Part shown: in pieces, positions 58,794-64,000 of the stretch
Layout: each line of letters begins with the position of its first letter
Position numbering within the stretch: the stretch's first letter is position 1
Assembly: GCA_964580285.1 (NCBI GenBank)
Contig: CAZOKB010000003.1
Span: 31,403 to 95,402 of the forward strand
Direction: 5' to 3'
Length of the DNA: 64,000 bases
Origin: an uncultured Bdellovibrionales bacterium
Lineage (GTDB): Bacteria; Patescibacteriota; Minisyncoccia; Moranbacterales; UBA1568
Made by a program: the position numbers and the translations under genes
Notes under the pieces: generated by a model
The model's input: only the letters and a program-made list of their open reading frames with translations
Database searches by the model: none
What the model was told of the DNA's origin: nothing

Positions 58794-58916
58794 TCGATAG
58801 CTCGAAAGAGTTGTCGGGCAGTTTCGAAAGGAATTGTCGTCCGGTTCGCGGGACCATTTTTGTATCTTAAAAAATGAACCAGCAGTTTTTCAATCAATAA
58901 ATCCTACGTCAAATTT

Positions 58917-59873
58917 ATGAAAAAATGCCCCCATTGTTCTGAAGAGATTCAGGACGAAGCAAGTAAGTGTCGATTTTGTGGCGAATGGCTAAACAAGATC
59001 AATGCAAGCCAACCTATCCAAAAAACACCGGAGCAAAAAGAAACTGAGGCGAAACAAAACAAGAAGATTCTCAAAGTTATTGGATGGGTAGTCGCTATCT
59101 TTTTTGGAATCACCTTCTGGTATGTGGCGCTGCCGATTCTGGTTCCAGTTCTCATTTATAAAAAGACAAAACTTCCTCCCAAAAAGAAGCTCACCTTATC
59201 TGGAGCCGCTTTTGTGGTACTTGCACTGATCGGAGGGAGCTTTCTCTACTCGGCTAATCGAGTTCCAACGATTAAGATCACTGAGCCAGAAAATAATCTC
59301 ACCCTCCAAGAGAAGAAGGTGACTGTGAAAGGATCTATCGAACCAAGTAGTGCGGAATTGAAAGTTGGAGGACAAATTATCCCAACAACAAACGGTGAAT
59401 TTTCCTACGATGCTAGACTCGGCAACGAAAACAACACCTTCACCTTTGTCGTCCGAAATGGATCCAACGATGCTCAAGCTACAATCACTATCAATCGAGC
59501 TTTCACTGATGAAGAAAGAGCTGAAATAGAACGGCAAGCCCTAGAAGCTAAGAGACAGCGAGAAGAGGAAGTAAAGCAAAAAGCAGAGGAGGAAAAGCAG
59601 AAGCAGGAAGCGCTCAAGCGAAGCCACATATCAGAGGCCCAAGCTTGCTCTCAAGCAAGAGTTGAGTCCATGCTTAAAGCTCCAAAGACAGCTGACTTCC
59701 CAACTTCATCACACTGGAAGATTACTCCTCTCGGTGATGATAAGTATCGGACAATAAGCTATGTGGATGCAGAGAATAGTTTCGGTGCACAGATTAGATC
59801 GAACTTTATCTGCGAAATAACGGTTACCGATCCGGCAAATGTGCTCTGTACTGGGACATGCACTCTTGAATAA
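58917..59873 (+). CDS. zinc-ribbon membrane protein with coiled-coil, hypothetical
   Basis: CPHCSEE…CRFCGEW N-terminal Zn ribbon, one TM helix, E/K/Q-rich coiled coil, Cys-containing C-terminal domain. Confidence 0.5.
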   Translation: MKKCPHCSEEIQDEASKCRFCGEWLNKINASQPIQKTPEQKETEAKQNKKILKVIGWVVAIFFGITFWYVALPILVPVLIYKKTKLPPKKKLTLSGAAFVVLALIGGSFLYSANRVPTIKITEPENNLTLQEKKVTVKGSIEPSSAELKVGGQIIPTTNGEFSYDARLGNENNTFTFVVRNGSNDAQATITINRAFTDEERAEIERQALEAKRQREEEVKQKAEEEKQKQEALKRSHISEAQACSQARVESMLKAPKTADFPTSSHWKITPLGDDKYRTISYVDAENSFGAQIRSNFICEITVTDPANVLCTGTCTLE

Positions 59874-59973
59874 CTGACTGAGTAACTAACAAAAAACAGC
59901 GATCATTCCGACTGCTGTTTTTTGTTGTTTGAATCTATACCGACAAGTAGCATGTCGTGCTACCTGTTAGATG

Positions 59974-60060
59974 CGGAAGAGGAGGGATTCGAACCCTCGG
60001 TAGGGTTTCCCCTACGCTTGCTTTCCAAGCAAGTACCTTAAACCACTCGGCCACCCTTCC
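59974..60060 (-). tRNA. tRNA-Ser (anticodon GGA)
   Basis: Hand-folded from the reverse complement: acceptor ggaaggg/ctcttcc (one G-U), anticodon stem cttgc/gcaag with loop TTGGAAA, long variable arm gtaggggaaaccctac, T-arm gaggg-TTCGAAT-ccctc. No CCA encoded. Confidence 0.8.
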
Positions 60061-60070
60061 TTTCTACGGA

Positions 60071-60092
60071 AGAAAAAGGGAGCTTGCGCTCC
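60071..60092 (-). terminator. terminator of pyruvate kinase gene
   Basis: ggagc-gcaa-gctcc on the minus strand, followed by CTTTTTCTTCC. Confidence 0.55.
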
Positions 60093-60118
60093 ATTCCTCT
60101 CCTATCTTTACTGCTAGC

Positions 60119-61555
60119 CTAGCGCACTCGGCGGATTCCGACAAGGTCAAGCGTGCGACGGTCTGGTGTACGCCCAAGAAACACTGCTGTCTCATCACCC
60201 GCAACCAACTTTCCGGATGTTTTTGCTTCCTTCATGAGACGGTCAATATAGCTATCATGATCGGTATCTCCTTCAAAATTAAAGGGTTGAATACCCCAGA
60301 CAAGCGCTAAGGCATACCAGGTCCTCTTACTGTCTGTAGCTACCAGGATAGCTGTCTCTGGCCGAAAATGGGAAATAAGCCGCGCAGTATAACCACTCAT
60401 GGAGAGGAGAAGTATCGCTTTCGTACTAAAGCTCTTCGCCAGCTGGTAGACACTCCGGATCACGGCCGCATAGTCCGTTTTCATGTTGAGATCCAATTCC
60501 TGGTAGACATCATCGAAGGGTGACTCTTCGGTTTTTTCGATAATCTCTGCCATCATAGCGATCGCTTCAACCGGATATTTCCCCATGGCCGATTCTTCCG
60601 AGAGCATCACGGCATCCGCATGATCAATCACGGCATTCGAGACATCGCTCACTTCAGCCCGAGTCGGCCGAGCATTCTCCACCATGGATTTCATCATCTG
60701 CGTTGCCACAATCACCGGCTTCACCGCCATAAGACTCTCACGAATAATCGTCTTCTGCAGGATCGCTACTTCCGACTCTGGCATTTCGATACCGAGGTCT
60801 CCGCGCGCCACCATGACTGCATCCGTCGTCTTGAGTATGGATTTCAAATGCTTGATCGCTTCCTTACGCTCGATCTTCGCCACGATCTGCGGGAGCCGCG
60901 CTTCATCACCCACCACCTTGCGCATCTCGTTGCGCGCCGTACGAATATCCTCCGCCGAACCCACAAACGAGAGTCCGACATAATCCACCTCTTGCCCGAG
61001 CACAAACGCAAGATCGCGGAGATCCTTCTCCGAAAGAATAGGCAGATCAAGTTTAGTATCCGGCAAGATGACGCCTTTCCGGTTCTTGATCCGGCAGTCG
61101 GCGAGTGCCGCTGCTTCCACTGCGTGTGCACCGTGCTTGGCCACCACCTGAAGCGCCACCACGCCATCCTCGATCAAGATAGCGTCTCCCACTCGAAGCC
61201 GGTCCGCCATTTTGGGTACATCAAGATAACAAAGAGGATTCTTAGTTTTCGACCGGGAAAAAATTTCTCGGTAAGCAACATCCGACACATGAATGCGTTC
61301 ACCCTTGCTGAGTACGACTTCCTTATCAACTTCGATGCGGATGCGTGGTCCCTGCATATCTGCCAGGATGGCTACCGGAGTCTTGAGTTCTTCTGAAAGC
61401 TCCCGCAATCGATTGATCACTTTTTCAAACCAAGCATACTCACCGTGAGAAAAATTCAACCGCGCCACGTTCATCCCGGCTTCGATCATCTTGCGGAGTG
61501 TCTCTTTGTCTTCCGAGGCCGGCCCGATAGTCGCAACGATTTTAGTATTCTTCAT
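60119..61555 (-). CDS. pyk: pyruvate kinase
   Basis: MKNTKIVATIGPAS…NVARLNFSHG, and other PK barrel motifs. 478 aa. Confidence 0.9.
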   Translation of the reverse strand: MKNTKIVATIGPASEDKETLRKMIEAGMNVARLNFSHGEYAWFEKVINRLRELSEELKTPVAILADMQGPRIRIEVDKEVVLSKGERIHVSDVAYREIFSRSKTKNPLCYLDVPKMADRLRVGDAILIEDGVVALQVVAKHGAHAVEAAALADCRIKNRKGVILPDTKLDLPILSEKDLRDLAFVLGQEVDYVGLSFVGSAEDIRTARNEMRKVVGDEARLPQIVAKIERKEAIKHLKSILKTTDAVMVARGDLGIEMPESEVAILQKTIIRESLMAVKPVIVATQMMKSMVENARPTRAEVSDVSNAVIDHADAVMLSEESAMGKYPVEAIAMMAEIIEKTEESPFDDVYQELDLNMKTDYAAVIRSVYQLAKSFSTKAILLLSMSGYTARLISHFRPETAILVATDSKRTWYALALVWGIQPFNFEGDTDHDSYIDRLMKEAKTSGKLVAGDETAVFLGRTPDRRTLDLVGIRRVR

Positions 61556-61757
61556 AGAAAAGTTTTTGTATTGCGTTTTGTATCTTTAGTATAGAACATC
61601 CTTATAAAAGAATATAGATTTAGGATTCAGGATTAAAGAATAAGAAACAAATGAATAAGTATAATGATGTGACTGCGAAAGTTTTTTCTGATGCTGCGTT
61701 CCGACGCCACGCAAGAAAAAAAGTCCGCCTCCTCTTCGGAAACGGACCTGGTACACT

Positions 61758-61922
61758 TTATTCTTCCCCGCCATGCACCGGACACAAGGGATCAGGCTCT
61801 GGATTCAGATTGTGTACTGGACAGGTATTACTCCCAAGCGCCACCCCTTCATCAGGATCAGGACACTGACAGTCGCAACTGGTCGGACAGCGACACTCAA
61901 ATGACAGTATCAGCTGTTGCAT
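61758..61922 (-). CDS. small Cys/Pro/Asp-rich protein (55 aa)
   Basis: AAGGAGGG RBS 9 nt upstream of MQQLILS. 9 Cys + 2 His in 50 aa (CRCPTSCDCQCPDPDE…CPVH…CPVH). Confidence 0.45.
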   Translation of the reverse strand: MQQLILSFECRCPTSCDCQCPDPDEGVALGSNTCPVHNLNPEPDPLCPVHGGEE

Positions 61923-62019
61923 AAGGTATCCCTCCTTCAAAAAGTACTGCTTCTAGTATAGCAAGAAAAAGAAAGCGGCCGGAGGAGAAGGTTTCTTCTC
62001 TTCCGACCGCACGTTCCGA

Positions 62020-62418
62020 CTAGCGAGGGACCCAGTTCGGTACACCGGTACCGATAGTGGTCTGCGCCACTGCCTGACGGCAGTTGACGAGGACCCACTG
62101 GTTACTGCGAGCATCAAAGGCACGCTCGCAGTACATGGAGTTCACCGGTTGCTGTGCCATTTGCATGGCACGCTGGTTCTGCACGTCGGCGATACCGACA
62201 GCAGCGCCAGTAGCCATACCAGCAGCAGCCATTTGCCGCACGCAGTCAGGGTTACCCCGACCGCAGGCCAGTGCCCCGAACACTGCACCAGCAGCTGTGC
62301 CAACGACGGTGCTGATGCCGACATCGGCCATGTCCTGTCTACTCCCGAGGGTAGCCGAGCAGCCGGTGAGGGAAACAATCGCTGCAATGATTGCGGCGAT
62401 CTTGATCGTCTTGAACAT
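62020..62418 (-). CDS. lipoprotein with glycine-zipper motif
   Basis: Lipobox LTGC after the signal peptide. GTAAGAVFGALACG glycine zipper. AAGGAG RBS. Confidence 0.55.
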   Translation of the reverse strand: MFKTIKIAAIIAAIVSLTGCSATLGSRQDMADVGISTVVGTAAGAVFGALACGRGNPDCVRQMAAAGMATGAAVGIADVQNQRAMQMAQQPVNSMYCERAFDARSNQWVLVNCRQAVAQTTIGTGVPNWVPR

Positions 62419-62674
62419 GTCGTTCTCCTTTCCTCTGTTCAAACCCCGAGGAGCGGGTTGGGCGACACGCCCTTCTATCCCTGCCCTGGACCCTTCCAGG
62501 CGGAGTGAGAAATCCCGAAATAATCCGAGACCCCTCACTCCGCCTGAAATTTTCTCGCTTTTCAATGTACTTAACTTTTATATTATACACCTAAAAATAC
62601 TAAAAGTCAAGTATACAAACAAAGAAGTGGCTTTATTGAGCCACTTCTTTTATTTTTTTAAGTCTCCCTCCAGC

Positions 62675-63073
62675 TTAGAGATTGATCTTTTTCGCCAAGC
62701 CAGCAATGACTGGGAGTTCCCAGGTCTCGCCCGAGAGCGTCTTAATGATGGCGATAATACTCACGATAATGAAGAGAAGATTCGCAAATGGCAAGAGCAT
62801 CCACCCAAGGAACGGGATGATGCCCAGTACGAAATCCACAATAATCCAAGCCAGAAAAAGCGCCAGGCCCTGTTTGGCATGAAACTGCGCAAACTTACTC
62901 TCCTTCAGTGTTAGCAGTGGTACGAGAAAAAGAATGAAGATATAGGAAAGACAAGCCACTGCCTTGTTTTTCTCGATATCCTCGTGATTATACTCTGTCT
63001 TATGCTCTGGAGCGGCCGCTTGAGTTTGGGCTGACTCTGGAGCTGGATGAGTGGTTGTCTCTTGTTCGTCCAT
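62675..63073 (-). CDS. DUF4870-like membrane protein
   Basis: KAVACLSYIFILFLVPLLTL…FHAKQGLALFLAWII pattern. 3 TM helices. Confidence 0.5.
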   Translation of the reverse strand: MDEQETTTHPAPESAQTQAAAPEHKTEYNHEDIEKNKAVACLSYIFILFLVPLLTLKESKFAQFHAKQGLALFLAWIIVDFVLGIIPFLGWMLLPFANLLFIIVSIIAIIKTLSGETWELPVIAGLAKKINL

Positions 63074-63103
63074 ACTCTTTTTTTAATACTTACGATTGAG
63101 AGT

Positions 63104-63580
63104 TTACAGAGAAAAAAATGTTTCATCTACCACCTCCACTGTACTCCCTTCTTCCAGTTCCCGCAAAATTTCTGGAGGGATCGGATTGCGTTTTGGACTG
63201 ACTCCCGGATACCGCCACGCACTGATTATTTTCAGACGACCAGGAGTAGCTACCAAAGGAGAGGTTTTGTTTTTTGTTGACTGCACCTGAAACATGACCC
63301 AAATTTCCTGCGTCCAGATTTCTTTCCCAGTGGCATCACGTTTCACTGAAGGTGGCTGCATGACCGCTACCGTCTTTGGAACGATACCTTCCTCACGGCG
63401 ACGAGGATTCCGGATCACACTTTTCACTCGCTGCTCAGAGAGTCCATACTGTTGCATTTTGTGCTGCGCATGCACGGTGAAGACATACTGCCCGCTGCCA
63501 GCCGCTGCTGCTTTTTTCTTTTGTCTCTCAAGAAAACGTTCCCGCGCCTTACGAGCAAATTCCTGATACGGGGATGGCAT
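63104..63580 (-). CDS. hypothetical basic protein (158 aa)
   Basis: No recognisable domain. Confidence 0.4.
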   Translation of the reverse strand: MPSPYQEFARKARERFLERQKKKAAAAGSGQYVFTVHAQHKMQQYGLSEQRVKSVIRNPRRREEGIVPKTVAVMQPPSVKRDATGKEIWTQEIWVMFQVQSTKNKTSPLVATPGRLKIISAWRYPGVSPKRNPIPPEILRELEEGSTVEVVDETFFSL

Positions 63581-63586
63581 AGCAAT

Positions 63587-64000
63587 TTACTTGATTTCCA
63601 TCCCTCGGAGCGCAGCAATACGCTCTTCGATAGGCGGGTGTGTCATAAACAAGGTAGCGATTTTTTTTGTTTTGAAAGGATTCGTAATGTAGAGCGGTGC
63701 GGTGGCGCGATTCGCCGCTTCGAGCGGTTCCGTATCGGCCGAAATTTTCTCAAGAGCCGAAGCCAACGCCTCTGGATAGCGAGTGAGGAGCGCACCCGAA
63801 GCATCGGCCAGAAATTCACGCTTACGTGAAATTGCCAATTGCATGAGTGTAGCAGCAATCGGCGCTACAATTGAAAGCACTAAGGCAATCACGAAAAGAA
63901 TCACTTGGAACTGTCCGCGATTTTCATTATCCCGATCGCCACCATACCAAGCCCAGTGACGAAACCAGTCTGCCAAGAGAGCTACAAAACCCACCAAAAT
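63587..64000 (-). CDS. htpX: M48-family protease HtpX, C-terminal part (gene continues beyond window end)
   Basis: …FLADASGA…THPPIEERIAALRG C-terminal HtpX signature. The HEXXH motif would lie past nt 64000. Confidence 0.7.
   Translation of the reverse strand: MLVGFVALLADWFRHWAWYGGDRDNENRGQFQVILFVIALVLSIVAPIAATLMQLAISRKREFLADASGALLTRYPEALASALEKISADTEPLEAANRATAPLYITNPFKTKKIATLFMTHPPIEERIAALRGMEIK

Larger units (their letters stand above)
43177..59993. mobile_element. putative ~16.8-kb integrated copper/heavy-metal resistance island flanked by tRNA-Ser(GGA) and its 3'-end direct repeat, carrying a large serine recombinase
   Basis: The direct repeats bracket a coherent metal-resistance cargo plus a recombinase next to the intact tRNA. 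Boundary assignment is inferential. Confidence 0.5.

Noticed and set aside
1-64000. CRISPR arrays, rRNA genes, tmRNA or RNase P RNA
   Set aside because: There are no arrays of regularly spaced direct repeats. No rRNA-like conserved blocks were seen. The few long non-coding stretches (11047-11417, 8211-8593, 43020-43546) lack recognisable tmRNA or RNase P features.

Overview
This 64-kb window appears to be a compact bacterial chromosome segment. The gene content (short 586-aa IF-2, a chromosomal type-IV-secretion-like gene cluster, a very large Ser/Thr/Cys-rich surface protein, ArnT/PMT-like glycosyltransferase paralogs) suggests a Patescibacteria/CPR-like lineage, possibly Saccharibacteria; this is an inference, not a database result. 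Translation fits the standard code, because ORFs of up to 1202 aa are intact.

Layout, left to right:
- 1..3027: pyrD (3' part), pyrC, a hypothetical gene and a tRNA-dihydrouridine synthase.
- 3585..11046: an Rrf2 regulator, then a Fe-S assembly locus: sufC, sufB, sufD-like, a 1.5-kb inserted segment, sufS, sufU, a ferredoxin and sufT/DUF59. Three copies of a conserved ~88-nt stem-loop element sit in its intergenic gaps.
- 11418..12340: two tandem small secreted paralogs.
- 12351..21201: 2-oxoacid:ferredoxin oxidoreductase beta/alpha, xseB, xseA with an N-terminal HRDC-like domain, a DUF4446-like membrane protein, infB and cca.
- 21213..21870: tRNA-Pro, a small hypothetical gene, tRNA-Leu, then degenerate partial copies of the tRNA-Leu 3' end.
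- 21882..34482, all on the minus strand: a T4SS-like cluster. It encodes a 903-aa surface protein, a CPBP-like protein, a membrane protein, a VirB4-family ATPase, a separate VirB4 N-domain ORF, a PrgI/VirB3-like protein, a Pro-rich protein, a VirB6/TrbL-like protein, a small secreted protein and a LysM-CHAP hydrolase.
- 34842..42395: a XerC/D-family tyrosine recombinase, two ArnT-like GT-C paralogs, a DsbA-like protein and typA.
- 43177..59993: an approximately 16.8-kb copper/heavy-metal island. It carries a CuA-type cupredoxin, a His-rich CPD-type P1B ATPase, DUF2933, DUF302, SHOCT, a CsoR-like protein, DsbA, a multicopper oxidase, DUF411, a 1202-aa CopA with a C-terminal extension, CopZ, an HMA-permease-cupredoxin fusion and a Met-rich secreted protein. 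A large serine recombinase and a Zn-ribbon membrane protein lie at its right end. The island abuts tRNA-Ser(GGA), and a 15(+5)-nt direct repeat of the tRNA-Ser 3' end lies at its far edge.
- 60071..64000: pyruvate kinase, a small Cys-rich protein, a glycine-zipper lipoprotein, DUF4870, a hypothetical gene and the 3' part of htpX.

No CRISPR array and no rRNA gene were seen. All calls rest on motif recognition by eye; no searches were run.
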